Below, piece by piece: positions 23,086 to 33,056 of a stretch of DNA of 64,000 nucleotides. Every line of letters begins with the position of its first letter. Position 1 is the first letter of the stretch. Position numbers and translations under genes: made by a program. The notes under the pieces were generated by a model. It saw only the letters and a list, made by a program, of their open reading frames with translations. It was not told the DNA's origin and searched no databases. Origin of the DNA: Limnothrix sp. BL-A-16 (GTDB lineage Bacteria; Cyanobacteriota; Cyanobacteriia; CACIAM-69d); the NCBI GenBank assembly GCA_041937175.2, contig CP166615.1, positions 1,760,001-1,824,000 of the forward strand, in the 5' to 3' direction.

Positions 23086-24522
23086 TTAGCCCACTGAGCC
23101 TTCCAACTTCAGGCTGAGGAGCTTGTCGGCTTCCACCGCAAATTCCATCGGCAACTGGTTAAACACATCCTTGCAGAAGCCCGAAATCATCATTGAAACG
23201 GCATCTTCGGCGGAAATGCCCCGTTGCGCCAAATAGAACAGTTGATCTTCGCCAATCTTGGACGTGGTGGCTTCGTGCTCCACCCTGGCCAACTCGTTTT
23301 GCACCTGAATGTAGGGATAGGTGTTGGCTTGGGCATTGCTGCCAATCAGCATCGAATCGCATTGGGAATAGTTGCGCGCCCCATCGGCATTGGGGCCCAC
23401 TTTCACCAGGCCGCGATAGCTGTTTTTGGACTTGCCCGCCGAAATCCCCTTGGAAACGATCGTGCTGCGGGTGTTTTTGCCGATATGCACCATCTTCGTG
23501 CCGGTGTCAGCCTGCTGACAGTTATTGGTGAGGGCGACGGAGTAGAACTCCCCGATCGAGTTATCACCCACCAGCACGCAACTGGGATATTTCCAAGTAA
23601 TGGCTGATCCCGTTTCCACCTGAGTCCAAGAAATCTTGGAATTCCTGCCTTTGCAGAGGCCGCGCTTGGTCACGAAGTTATAAATTCCGCCCTTCCCGTT
23701 CGCATCCCCGGCATACCAGTTTTGCACCGTGGAATATTTGATGCTGGCATTGTCCAGGGCCACCAATTCCACCACCGCCGCATGGAGCTGGTTGCTGTCA
23801 TACATGGGGGCGGTGCAACCTTCCAAATAGCTGACGGAGCTGCCTTCTTCGGCCACGATCAACGTCCGCTCAAACTGACCGGAATCGCCGTTGTTGATGC
23901 GGAAGTAGGTGGACAATTCCATGGGGCATTCAACGCCCTTGGGAATATAAACAAAGGAGCCATCGCTAAAAACAGCGGAGTTGAGGGCCGCAAAGTAGTT
24001 ATCCGCGATCGGAACGACGCTGCCCAAGTATTTTTTAACCAGCTCCGGATGCTCCTTGAGGGCCTCAGAAATGGAGCAGAAAATCACCCCATGTTCTGCG
24101 AGCTTTTCGCGGAACGTGGTGGCCACGGAAACACTATCAAAGATGGCATCCACCGCCACATTCGCCAGCCGCTTTTGCTCCGAAAGGGGAATCCCCAATT
24201 TCTCGAAGGTTTCGAGCAGGGTTGGATCAACTTCATCGAGGCTCTGCTTCTTTTGCGTTTGCTTCGGAGCGGAGTAGTAAATGATGTCTTGGTAGTTGAT
24301 CGGAGGGTAGTTCACATCGGGCCAGGTCGGCTCCGTCATTTTCAGCCACTGGCGGTAGGCCCGCAGCCGAAATTCCAGCATGAACTCTGGCTCGTTTTTC
24401 TTGGCCGAAATGGCGTAGACAGTCTCTTCGCTGAGACCCCGAGGCAGGGTATCTGACTCGATGTCGGTGACGAAGCCGTACTTATAGGGTTGGTTAACGA
24501 GGGTGCTGACGGGTGCGCTCAT
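23086..24522 (-). CDS. sufB: Fe-S cluster assembly protein SufB
   Basis: [37 protein letters not shown] 24522 gives 478 aa. Confidence 0.98.
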   Translation of the reverse strand: MSAPVSTLVNQPYKYGFVTDIESDTLPRGLSEETVYAISAKKNEPEFMLEFRLRAYRQWLKMTEPTWPDVNYPPINYQDIIYYSAPKQTQKKQSLDEVDPTLLETFEKLGIPLSEQKRLANVAVDAIFDSVSVATTFREKLAEHGVIFCSISEALKEHPELVKKYLGSVVPIADNYFAALNSAVFSDGSFVYIPKGVECPMELSTYFRINNGDSGQFERTLIVAEEGSSVSYLEGCTAPMYDSNQLHAAVVELVALDNASIKYSTVQNWYAGDANGKGGIYNFVTKRGLCKGRNSKISWTQVETGSAITWKYPSCVLVGDNSIGEFYSVALTNNCQQADTGTKMVHIGKNTRSTIVSKGISAGKSKNSYRGLVKVGPNADGARNYSQCDSMLIGSNAQANTYPYIQVQNELARVEHEATTSKIGEDQLFYLAQRGISAEDAVSMMISGFCKDVFNQLPMEFAVEADKLLSLKLEGSVG

Positions 24523-24657
24523 GGCTCGTGGGGGCTGGCGTTCTTCTCGGGGGGGGCGGGGGCCATCGGCGGAATGGACGATCGCACCTGTGGCTGCCGG
24601 GGCGATCGCACGGATTGTAACCACTCACCGCGCGGAAAATCGCGGGAGTGGGCAGCG

Positions 24658-25005
24658 CTAGCGCATGTTTAGGATTTCGTCGAGGCCGATTTCCTGCTGC
24701 TCGCCCCGGAAGTCATTGTCAGGGGTTAGAAACAACATGCAGTGACATTCATAGCGCTCGCGCATGGGCACGCAAGGACAATTCCAATAGGCAGCGGCCA
24801 CTTCGGCTTCCTTATCTTCGTAGTGCCGACAGGGGCAAAGGGGCGAGCCGAGTTCGTCCTTGTGACGGGCGAGACCTTCGATCACGACAGCGGTCACGCC
24901 CGGGTCAGCGCAAAAGTAAGTGCCAGTACGTTTGGCGTAGCTTTCAGCGAACTTCCGAACCGCATCAAGGCTCTTTTCGCTGGCGTGGGTCGTTGCATTG
25001 TCCAT
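24658..25005 (-). CDS. ftrC: Ferredoxin-thioredoxin reductase catalytic subunit
   Basis: CPCRHY, WNCPCVPM and ECHCMLF motifs. Confidence 0.96.
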   Translation of the reverse strand: MDNATTHASEKSLDAVRKFAESYAKRTGTYFCADPGVTAVVIEGLARHKDELGSPLCPCRHYEDKEAEVAAAYWNCPCVPMRERYECHCMLFLTPDNDFRGEQQEIGLDEILNMR

Positions 25006-25062
25006 GTCGGCGGTCTCTAGAAATTAACGGTGGGGTTTGTATAATGACCTTGATTGCTAAAA

Positions 25063-25115
25063 CAACTTGATTGTTGCGTAATCGTTTTTAGCGTACTTTA
25101 GCAACGCAAAAGTTG
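25063..25115. promoter_or_regulatory. Two SufR operators (CAAC-N6-GTTG)
   Basis: CAACTTGATTGTTG (25063-25076) and CAACGCAAAAGTTG (25102-25115) in the divergent ftrC/sufR gap; matches the established SufR site. Confidence 0.85.
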
Positions 25116-25254
25116 TCAAAGCCTGAGCGATCGAGGCCAGAATATAACAATAGGCTGTTTTCTTAACCGGTTGTTTTGAACGGGCCGATTCACGGTCGAT
25201 CGACTGGCTGCCGCTGCCGAATGCTGCCCAATCCACGATCCACGGTCTGAGCGA

Positions 25255-25935
25255 ATGAGTGCTCTTCAGCAAGCGTCCACGAAGCATGACATTTTGAAAT
25301 ACCTCCTCCAGCAGGGCGAGGCCACGGCCCAACGGCTGGCGGAGGCGCTGGGCATCAGTCCACAGGCCACCCGTCGCCACCTGAAGGATCTCGAAAGCGA
25401 GGGGCTGATTTTGCACGAGGCGGCCAGGGGCGGCACGGGTCGTCCCCAGCACCTTTACCGGTTGAGTCCGGCGGGGCGATCGCAATTTCCCGACAACTAC
25501 GATGAATTTGCCGTGGATTTGCTCCACACCCTGACCGAAACGATCGGGAATGATCAAGTGCAGTCCCTGCTGCGACAACAGTGGGTGCGCAAGGCGTTGG
25601 ACTACCGACGACATCTGGGCGCGGGGAATTTGCGCGATCGGGTGGCTCGGTTGGTGGACCTGCGCCGCGCCGAGGGCTACATGGCCGAGTGGGAAGCGAT
25701 CGAGCCGGAAGCCGAGGGTCACCCGCGCTATCTGCTGGTGGAACACAACTGCGCCATTTCCACTGTGGCCGAGTCCTATCCCGGCGTTTGTGCCCATGAG
25801 TTGGAAATGTTTGCGATCGCCCTTCAGGGCTGCAAGGTGGAGCGCACCCACTGGATTGTGGGCGGCGAGCACCGTTGTGGCTACTCCATCCAAGAGTCGG
25901 AAACCACCCCCACCCCCGCGACCCGCGTCAACTAG
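25255..25935 (+). CDS. sufR: Fe-S cluster biogenesis repressor SufR
   Basis: N-terminal HTH, GRPQHLY, EHNCAI...CAHE...HRCGY ligands; divergent from suf. Confidence 0.96.
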   Translation: MSALQQASTKHDILKYLLQQGEATAQRLAEALGISPQATRRHLKDLESEGLILHEAARGGTGRPQHLYRLSPAGRSQFPDNYDEFAVDLLHTLTETIGNDQVQSLLRQQWVRKALDYRRHLGAGNLRDRVARLVDLRRAEGYMAEWEAIEPEAEGHPRYLLVEHNCAISTVAESYPGVCAHELEMFAIALQGCKVERTHWIVGGEHRCGYSIQESETTPTPATRVN

Positions 25936-26202
25936 GCTCGCCCCACCCGGCCCCACAATCCCCCGCCCCACACTCATATGAGGTGCGACATATGAGAGGT
26001 GCAACAGAAGGGGCGATTGAGGGGAGCGATCGGGTCAGAAATCGGGCTAAGGTTAACTAGCGGGGGGTTGCCGATTGCATCGCGCCTGTTCAACTCCGCC
26101 TGTTAATCCCACCCATTCCAGCCCGCCCATTGCCTCTCGGGCGCTGTCTCCCAAACCTGGGTGAACTGAGCCAAGCGATCGCGATGGAAACCGTCCGCCT
26201 CG

Positions 26203-26481
26203 ATGCCTATGCCGCTGAACAATCCGATGAATCCTCAGGGTTTGGAGTTTTTGACCCCCGAAGAGTCTGCAAAGGTCGATGCGGCTCTGTTGTCTCAGCC
26301 TGAAAAGTTTTTAACGCGGTTGACCCTCTCGTCTTTGAAACTGCTGCGCTACATTGCCGAGGACGAGGGCGTGGCGATCGAAGCGTTAACCCATGATCAG
26401 GTGATTGCTTGGTTTGAGCGCGAGGCAAAGCGCAAGCGCGAGCAGGGAATTGATGCGACAGTGCTGAAGTGGGATGTTTAA
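26203..26481 (+). CDS. Small hypothetical protein
   Basis: Compact ORF with protein-like composition, followed by a terminator. Confidence 0.7.
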   Translation: MPMPLNNPMNPQGLEFLTPEESAKVDAALLSQPEKFLTRLTLSSLKLLRYIAEDEGVAIEALTHDQVIAWFEREAKRKREQGIDATVLKWDV

Positions 26482-26489
26482 ATCGGTTT

Positions 26490-26517
26490 ACAGACCTGTT
26501 TTGGCGGGTCTGTTTTT
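26490..26517 (+). terminator. Intrinsic terminator
   Basis: ACAGACCTG-TTTTGG-CGGGTCTGT stem-loop followed by a T-run. Confidence 0.7.
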
Positions 26518-26644
26518 GATAGATTTTGGGTCTAATGTCCTTTTGAATTGCCTTTCAATTTCCCTTTGAGCTTTAACTTCACGTTCAATTTAAGTTCAAT
26601 TTCCACTCTAATCCCAACTCTAATTCCCGATTTACACCACCACC

Positions 26645-27082
26645 ATGCTTGACTGGCTGCACACCCTTCTGGGTCACGATCATCACGCCCTATCTCAATC
26701 GATCCAAACAAGTTGGCAGTTTGGGTTTTCTGCCTTGCAAACCAGCCCTGCCAGTGAATTTTCACGGGGCTATTGTGTCCAAATCTGTGCCTTTCTGGTG
26801 CCGGCCAATTTGTTGGCAACGATTCAAGCGCTGGTGATGATGGTGATCGATCGCCCCCTGCGCGATCGACTGGTGATTGGTTTGGTCGGCAGTCTTTACG
26901 CCACCTTGATGGTGTTGCATGTGGCGACCTGGTTTGCGGTGGGCGTGGTGATGGCTCCGACCTATGTGTTGCTGTCGTTGGCGGTGGTTTGTTTGGTGAT
27001 GAATGGGGCAATTATTGGGAAAGCGGTTCGCTCTCGACCCAACTTGGGCAGCTCCGTCACCGCTTCGGCCCCTGCCCTCTAG
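26645..27082 (+). CDS. Hypothetical membrane protein
   Basis: About three hydrophobic helices; ICAFLVPANLLAT, HVATWFAVGVVMAPT. Confidence 0.75.
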   Translation: MLDWLHTLLGHDHHALSQSIQTSWQFGFSALQTSPASEFSRGYCVQICAFLVPANLLATIQALVMMVIDRPLRDRLVIGLVGSLYATLMVLHVATWFAVGVVMAPTYVLLSLAVVCLVMNGAIIGKAVRSRPNLGSSVTASAPAL

Positions 27083-27193
27083 AACGACACAATTAAGACT
27101 GCACTGATCGATCAGGAACGGGAGAGATGCCTTTTGAGTAGGCACAAGTTCCAACCGATCCCCATCCTTAAAAAGGCCAACCCCAAAAAATAG

Positions 27194-27214
27194 ACAAGGG
27201 GCTTCAGCCCCTTG
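27194..27214. repeat. 22-bp palindrome family copy
   Basis: ACAAGGGGCTTCAGCCCCTTG. Confidence 0.8.
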
Positions 27215-27332
27215 CCCCCATCATCTTGTCAGCCCACAATCTTGCTGTGGAAGAATCAGGGCTGTCACCCATTCGATTAACCCAGATCCGCTCGATCTCG
27301 ATCAAACCGACTCGATCAAACCGAGATTAAAT

Positions 27333-27428
27333 CTAGATCAGCTTGATGGCCCGCAGGGTGAACATCATGCCCGCTGCCACGCCCAACATGCCGCCAAAGA
27401 AGATGAAATAAGTCATTACGCCAGACAT
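27333..27428 (-). CDS. petL: Cytochrome b6f subunit 6 (31 aa)
   Basis: Manual translation MSGVMTYFIFFGGMLGVAAGMMFTLRAIKLI*: single TM with the PetL-type LRAIKLI end. Below the ORF-track cutoff. Confidence 0.9.
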   Translation of the reverse strand: MSGVMTYFIFFGGMLGVAAGMMFTLRAIKLI

Positions 27429-27559
27429 GGGCCAAGCCTCCCAATGGATTCTGAAAAATGGGTTAGTCCCTAACCATTGAACCATCCCGCGCTAAAATAC
27501 GGCCCGCTCTGGTTTTTTGCCGTTCGTTCACTGTTGCTGGCGCAGTTGCGCTTTGGGTT

Positions 27560-28660
27560 ATGGCCGCTACGATTCGCGTAAATTTACCCCAAAATGCCTA
27601 CGACATCGCGATCGGGGCGGGCTTGCTCGATCATGTGGGCGATTGGATGCGCGAGCGATCGACCCAAACCAATCCCAAGGTTTTGCTGGTCTCAAACCCG
27701 CAAATCTTCAAGCGCTATGGCGATCGGGTGATCACGTCCCTGCGGGCGGCGGGTTACCAAGTCCAAAGCTGCATTTTGCCCGCTGGCGAGCGGTACAAAA
27801 CCCCCAGCTCTCTCCAGAAAATTCATGATGCGGCGCTCGATTTCCGTTTGGAGCGATCAAGCATCATGTTGGCGCTGGGCGGCGGAGTCATTGGCGACAT
27901 GACCGGATTTGCGGCCGCCACTTGGTTGCGGGGCATCGCCTTTGTGCAAGTGCCCACCTCACTGCTGGCCATGGTGGATGCCGCGATCGGGGGCAAAACC
28001 GGCATTAACCATCCCCGGGGCAAAAATCTGATTGGGGCCTTTCACCAACCGAGGCTGGTGTTGATTGATCCCGAGGTGTTGGCCACCCTGCCAGGGCGGG
28101 AACTGCGGGCGGGCATGGCGGAAGTGATTAAGTACGGCATTATCTGGGATCCAGACCTGTTTGATCGGCTGGAAGCGGCCCCGCGCCTCGATCGATTTGC
28201 CGCCATTCAACCCCTGTTGGGTGAGATTTTGCAGCGATCCTGCCAAGCCAAGGCCGATGTGGTGGCCCAGGACGAAAAGGAAGGGGGCTTGCGGGCCATT
28301 CTCAACTATGGCCACACGATCGGCCATGCGATCGAGTCATTAACTAACTATCGATTGGTGAACCATGGGGAAGCCGTGGCGATCGGGATGGTGGCGGCGG
28401 CCGAGTTGGCGGCCAAAATGAGCCTGTGGGATGGGGGAAACTGTGCCCGCCAACTGGCGGTGATTCAAAAAACGGCCCTGCCCGATCGCGTGCCCGCCAG
28501 CCTGGATCCGGAGGTGATCGCCGACTCCCTGTTGTTAGATAAAAAAGTCAAAGACGGCAAAGTTCGCTTCATCTTGCCCACTCGGATCGGAGCCGTTGAA
28601 ATGGTTGATCAAGTCCCCGCCGATGTGTTGTACCCAGTGCTGCGAGCCTTACAGGGTTGA
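27560..28660 (+). CDS. aroB: 3-dehydroquinate synthase
   Basis: [45 protein letters not shown]. Confidence 0.98.
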   Translation: MAATIRVNLPQNAYDIAIGAGLLDHVGDWMRERSTQTNPKVLLVSNPQIFKRYGDRVITSLRAAGYQVQSCILPAGERYKTPSSLQKIHDAALDFRLERSSIMLALGGGVIGDMTGFAAATWLRGIAFVQVPTSLLAMVDAAIGGKTGINHPRGKNLIGAFHQPRLVLIDPEVLATLPGRELRAGMAEVIKYGIIWDPDLFDRLEAAPRLDRFAAIQPLLGEILQRSCQAKADVVAQDEKEGGLRAILNYGHTIGHAIESLTNYRLVNHGEAVAIGMVAAAELAAKMSLWDGGNCARQLAVIQKTALPDRVPASLDPEVIADSLLLDKKVKDGKVRFILPTRIGAVEMVDQVPADVLYPVLRALQG

Positions 28661-28789
28661 TAGTGGGGTCACTGAGCACCGGTCTCTGGCTGGATGCTGG
28701 CTTTTCCCGGGTTCGGTCAGTGTTCGGCCAAATGTAGTAGACTCTGCCTGACGCGGGTTCTCGTTGCATTCTGAAACGTTGGTAGCCCC

Positions 28790-29839
28790 ATGTTCCCGTA
28801 TTTGTTTCATTTCATTGCGTTTCTGGCGGCGGCGGCCATTGTGATGTGGACAACGCCGATCGTCCGGGCTGCGGGCCTCAAAACTGGGCGCTTTGATCTC
28901 CCCAACGAGCGTAAAATGCACGATCGCCCCATGGTTCGGCTGGGGGGAATTTCAATCTTTTGCGGCGCGATCGCGGCCCTTGGCCTGGTGTGGTGGCTCG
29001 GCGGCTTTGAAACCGCCAGCTCCCACAAAATCAATGAAATTATTGGCGTTTTAGGGGGCGGGATCGCTTTTTTCGCGATCGGGCTGGCGGATGACCTCTA
29101 TGGCCTTTCTCCCTTCACGCGCCTGGCCATCCAAACCGCCGTCGCCACCATCTGTTGGCATGTGGGCGTTAGCATCGATTTCCTCACAATTCCTGGCTTG
29201 GGCCTGGTGCAATTGGGCTGGCTGAGCTTGCCCATCACCGTCCTCTGGTTAGTGGGCATGGTGAACGCCATCAACTGGATTGACGGTCTGGATGGGCTGG
29301 CGGCCGGCGTTTCCGGCATTTCCGCCACCGTCATGATGTTTGTGGCTCTGTTTATGAACCAGCCGGCCGTGGGCCTGATTGCTGCGGCCTTGGCGGGCGC
29401 GGCCCTCGGATTTTTGCGCTACAACTTCAATCCTGCCCAAATCTTTATGGGAGACGGGGGAGCCTACTTTATGGGCTTTGTGCTGGCAGGGGTTGGGGCG
29501 ATCGGCCTGGTAAAGGTAACCGCCGTCACTTCTGTGCTGCTGCCTTACCTGATCCTGGCGGTTCCGTTGCTGGATATGTCGGCGGTCATTCTCGATCGCC
29601 TGCGCAACGGCAAGCTGCCTTGGATTGCCGACAAGCGACATTTACACCACCGCCTTTTGGATGCCGGCCTGTCCCATCGGGCGGCCGTTTTGTTTATTTA
29701 TGCCCTGACCCTGTGGGTGGGAACTCTGGCTCTGGCTTTTTCCGGAATGCCCAGCGGTCTTGGCTATGCCCTCGCGGCCACCGCCGTTTTGAGCTACATG
29801 GGCTGGCAGGTTTGGCGACAGGCCAAAAACCCCTCCTAG
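28790..29839 (+). CDS. Glycosyltransferase family 4 (WecA/TagO-like polyprenyl-phosphate HexNAc-1-P transferase)
   Basis: ERKMH, GLADD, NWIDGLDGLA, YNFNPAQIFMGDGG, DKRHLHHRL. Confidence 0.92.
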   Translation: MFPYLFHFIAFLAAAAIVMWTTPIVRAAGLKTGRFDLPNERKMHDRPMVRLGGISIFCGAIAALGLVWWLGGFETASSHKINEIIGVLGGGIAFFAIGLADDLYGLSPFTRLAIQTAVATICWHVGVSIDFLTIPGLGLVQLGWLSLPITVLWLVGMVNAINWIDGLDGLAAGVSGISATVMMFVALFMNQPAVGLIAAALAGAALGFLRYNFNPAQIFMGDGGAYFMGFVLAGVGAIGLVKVTAVTSVLLPYLILAVPLLDMSAVILDRLRNGKLPWIADKRHLHHRLLDAGLSHRAAVLFIYALTLWVGTLALAFSGMPSGLGYALAATAVLSYMGWQVWRQAKNPS

Positions 29840-29849
29840 GCCTGACCGG

Positions 29850-30608
29850 ATGGATCCGATCGCCCTACTGATTGGCCTAGGACTAGGCGGGGCGATCGGC
29901 TGGTGGGGGCATGCTGCTTGGCGATCGCCCAAACCCGATTTATCACCCTCCTTGGATCAGCTTCAGCATTACCTGTGGCAGTGGCACGATCGCCATGCCC
30001 AATCCTTAGATCTGTTACTCGATCGACAGGCAACCCTGGAACAGCAGTTGCAGCAGTTGCAAACCTTGGGCGATCGATTAGAGGCGATCGAGCAACAGCT
30101 CAACACCTTGCCCGCCGTCCCGATCGACCCCGAACCCGCACCCCTGGCCTCCGCAATTGGGTTTGATTACCTCCCCCTCAATGACCTGCTCGGCAATGGA
30201 CAATGGCCAGCCGCCGATACCGCCACCCGAGACTATTTGCTAGCGGCCTTGGGCAAATCGCCCCAGGCTCCCCTCACCCCCGACGATTTCCAAAACCTCC
30301 CGCTCACGGACTTAGCCACCATCGACCATCTTTGGACCTACTGGAGCGGTGGTCGATTTGGTTGGACAGCCCAGCAAGCCGCCTGGCAAGCAGTCCAAGG
30401 CGACTATGGGCAATTTTGCGATCGGGTGGGTTGGCGCAAAGGTGAATCCTGGTGCTACTCCGACGAACTTTCCTTCCGCAACGATGCGCCCATCGGCCAT
30501 TTACCCACCATTGTTTGGACAAAACGCGCCTGCTATGGACTAGGAGCCGTTCCCGTATCGAGCCTGTTAGCCGCCCTGCTCGATCGCCTGGCTCAGACCG
30601 ATGGCTGA
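29850..30608 (+). CDS. Membrane-anchored GUN4-domain protein
   Basis: N-terminal TM, coiled coil, then WPAAD..T, DLATIDHLW..SGGRFG, VGWR, APIGHLP. Confidence 0.85.
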   Translation: MDPIALLIGLGLGGAIGWWGHAAWRSPKPDLSPSLDQLQHYLWQWHDRHAQSLDLLLDRQATLEQQLQQLQTLGDRLEAIEQQLNTLPAVPIDPEPAPLASAIGFDYLPLNDLLGNGQWPAADTATRDYLLAALGKSPQAPLTPDDFQNLPLTDLATIDHLWTYWSGGRFGWTAQQAAWQAVQGDYGQFCDRVGWRKGESWCYSDELSFRNDAPIGHLPTIVWTKRACYGLGAVPVSSLLAALLDRLAQTDG

Positions 30609-30911
30609 GGAGACTAGACACTTAGACAGCTAATGGCCTTGGTTGTAAACCCCTTCGTCAAAGCCCCCTAAAGATCCAGATTGATAGGTATAAAAACTTA
30701 TTCGCTTGAAAAATTGCATCTGTAACAATGACCCTTCTTTTCAATTGTTGAATCAAAAGCAGTGGCAATTCAAAGCCGCTTAAGAATTGCCACTGGGTCT
30801 TGCAGTCTGTAACTATCAATGCTGCCTTGGTGGGGTGATAAAAATCACTAATTGAGTGATTGGTATCCGATTACCATCCCAACAGAGCCAAATTGTGCTT
30901 CATTTCGAGAA

Positions 30912-30959
30912 ATAGAGCATAGCTATCAGCCGTCAAAGATTTTTCAATAGAAATATTGA
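30912..30959. promoter_or_regulatory. Candidate LysR-type (CcmR/NdhR) operator region upstream of bicA
   Basis: ATAGAGCATAGCTAT (T-N11-A dyad, 30912-30926) and TCAATA-GAAA-TATTGA (30944-30959). Confidence 0.45.
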
Positions 30960-31213
30960 CCACAGAGTGATTTTTAAGCGATCACGAGGGATTCCTTTGG
31001 CGTAGATTAAAAAAGCTAAATTGCGTATCCCCGTTGCTCTTGAGCAATACAAAACTTAATGATTAGAAATCATGATTATTTGCTTAATAGACTGTGATAG
31101 CAAGCTGGCTTCAATCGTTCAATACACAAAGCCTGGAATGCTGAAGCATTTCATCTCTGTCATGTTGATCCCATGTCTAGCTTTTCAATCTTTATGGTCA
31201 GCACTGACTGCTT

Positions 31214-32887
31214 ATGACTGTGACAAACCTAATTCGATTTAACAATTTACGGGGCGATATATTTGGCGGTGTTACTGCCGCAATCGTTTCGTTGCCCTTA
31301 GCCCTGGCTTTCGGTGTGGCCTCGGGTATTGGCCCGATCGGAGGCCTCTATGGTGCTATCTGTGTAGGTTTTTTTGCAGCCCTCTTTGGCGGCACTCCAA
31401 CCCTAATTTCAGAACCAACGGGGCCGATGACGGTGGTCATGACCTCGGTTGTGGCAGGTCTAACGGCCCAAAACCCTGAAAATGGGTTAGCCATGGCCTT
31501 TACAGTGGTGATGTTGGCCGGTTTATTCCAAATTATTTTTGGAATTTTTAGACTCGGAAAATATGTCACCCTGATGCCCTACAGCGTCATTTCAGGCTTC
31601 ATGTCTGGGATTGGGGTAATCCTAATCATTTTGCAAATTCCCCCCTTCTTGGGCCAAGCCGCTCCGAAGGGTGGGGTGCTGGGAACGGTGTTGGCGATTC
31701 CTGAGCTATTGAGCAAAATAGCTCCCGCAGAGGCCATTCTAGGGGCCCTGACGCTGGCGATCATTTTCTTGATGCCCAAAAAGCTGAAGAAGCTTGTACC
31801 GCCGCAGTTGGTCGCGTTGGTCGTTGGCACGGTTATTTCATTGACGGTGTTCAAAGACGCGGAAATTCGCCGCATCATTGATGTGGGGCAAATTCCGATG
31901 GGCTTGCCGCAATTGCGCTTGCCAATGTTCACCCCAGATCAACTCACAACCATGTTGGTGGATGGTGTGATGTTGGGAATGCTGGGTTGCATTGACACAT
32001 TGCTAACGGCGGTGGTGGCTGATAGCTTGACCCGGACAGAACACAAGTCTGATAAGGAATTGATTGGCCAAGGTATTGGCAACATTGTTTCTGGCCTATG
32101 CGGTGGTTTACCCGGCGCAGGGGCAACGATGGGCACGGTGGTGAACATCCAAACCGGGGCAACCACGGCGGTCTCAGGCCTGACAAGGGCCCTGGTGCTG
32201 TTGGTGGTTGTGCTGGGGGCGGCTCGCTTCACGGAACCGGTACCAATGGCGGTGCTGGCAGGGATTGCCCTGAAAGTGGGGATCGACATTTTGGACTGGA
32301 GCTTCCTGAAGCGATCGCACGTGGTGTCCGTCAGAGGCTCGCTGATTATGTACGGCGTGCTGCTGCTGACCGTGTTTGTGGATCTGATTGTGGCTGTGGG
32401 CGTGGGTGTGTTTATCGCCAACATCTTGACGATCGAACGCCTGAGCGAACTGCAATCACAAGAGGTGAAGTTAATCACAGACACCGATGATGATGTGCGC
32501 CTAACGGACGAGCAAAAGCGGTTGTTGGATCGGGGACAGGGCCGAGTTCTGCTGTTCTATCTCAGTGGGCCGATGATCTTTGGTTTATCCAAAGCGATCG
32601 CTCGGGAGCATAACGCCATGCATGAGGGAGATGCATTGGTGATGGATCTCAGCGATGTGCCTTTGCTGGGGGTAACGGCTTCCTTGGCGATCGAGAATGC
32701 AATCCGCGATGCCCATGATCGAGGTTTGCAGATCTATATCGTCGGAGCCAGCGAGAAGATCCAGCGTCGTTTGCAACGGTTGGGGCTGATGGATCTGGTC
32801 TTGGCGGAACATCTGATCGACGATCGGACCGCGGCCCTCAAAGCTGCCGTTGCCTCAGTTCAAAGCCCCGAGCCGACTTTAGCCTAA
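31214..32887 (+). CDS. bicA: SulP-family Na+-dependent bicarbonate transporter
   Basis: NNLRGDIFGG, ISEPTGPM, GAGATMGTVVN, C-terminal STAS; next to a Na+/H+ antiporter. Confidence 0.9.
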   Translation: MTVTNLIRFNNLRGDIFGGVTAAIVSLPLALAFGVASGIGPIGGLYGAICVGFFAALFGGTPTLISEPTGPMTVVMTSVVAGLTAQNPENGLAMAFTVVMLAGLFQIIFGIFRLGKYVTLMPYSVISGFMSGIGVILIILQIPPFLGQAAPKGGVLGTVLAIPELLSKIAPAEAILGALTLAIIFLMPKKLKKLVPPQLVALVVGTVISLTVFKDAEIRRIIDVGQIPMGLPQLRLPMFTPDQLTTMLVDGVMLGMLGCIDTLLTAVVADSLTRTEHKSDKELIGQGIGNIVSGLCGGLPGAGATMGTVVNIQTGATTAVSGLTRALVLLVVVLGAARFTEPVPMAVLAGIALKVGIDILDWSFLKRSHVVSVRGSLIMYGVLLLTVFVDLIVAVGVGVFIANILTIERLSELQSQEVKLITDTDDDVRLTDEQKRLLDRGQGRVLLFYLSGPMIFGLSKAIAREHNAMHEGDALVMDLSDVPLLGVTASLAIENAIRDAHDRGLQIYIVGASEKIQRRLQRLGLMDLVLAEHLIDDRTAALKAAVASVQSPEPTLA

Positions 32888-33056
32888 GTTTGGCCGGAAT
32901 CGTTAGGCTAGGAAAAACAGCGATTCCTCGCTCTCCCCCTGCTTTTCCAGCCCACTCAGTCCCTATGAGCCGTTCATGATTCGTGGGCAGGCCCACCACC
33001 TGCCCACCCTTAGCTCCCAGTTGGAGTGATTGTTCTTAAACTTCGCAACCAAATCC

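Noticed and set aside
26535..26632. Low-complexity pyrimidine-rich periodic tract
   Set aside because: Degenerate ~12-bp periodicity only; the overlapping minus-strand ORF has no protein-like features.
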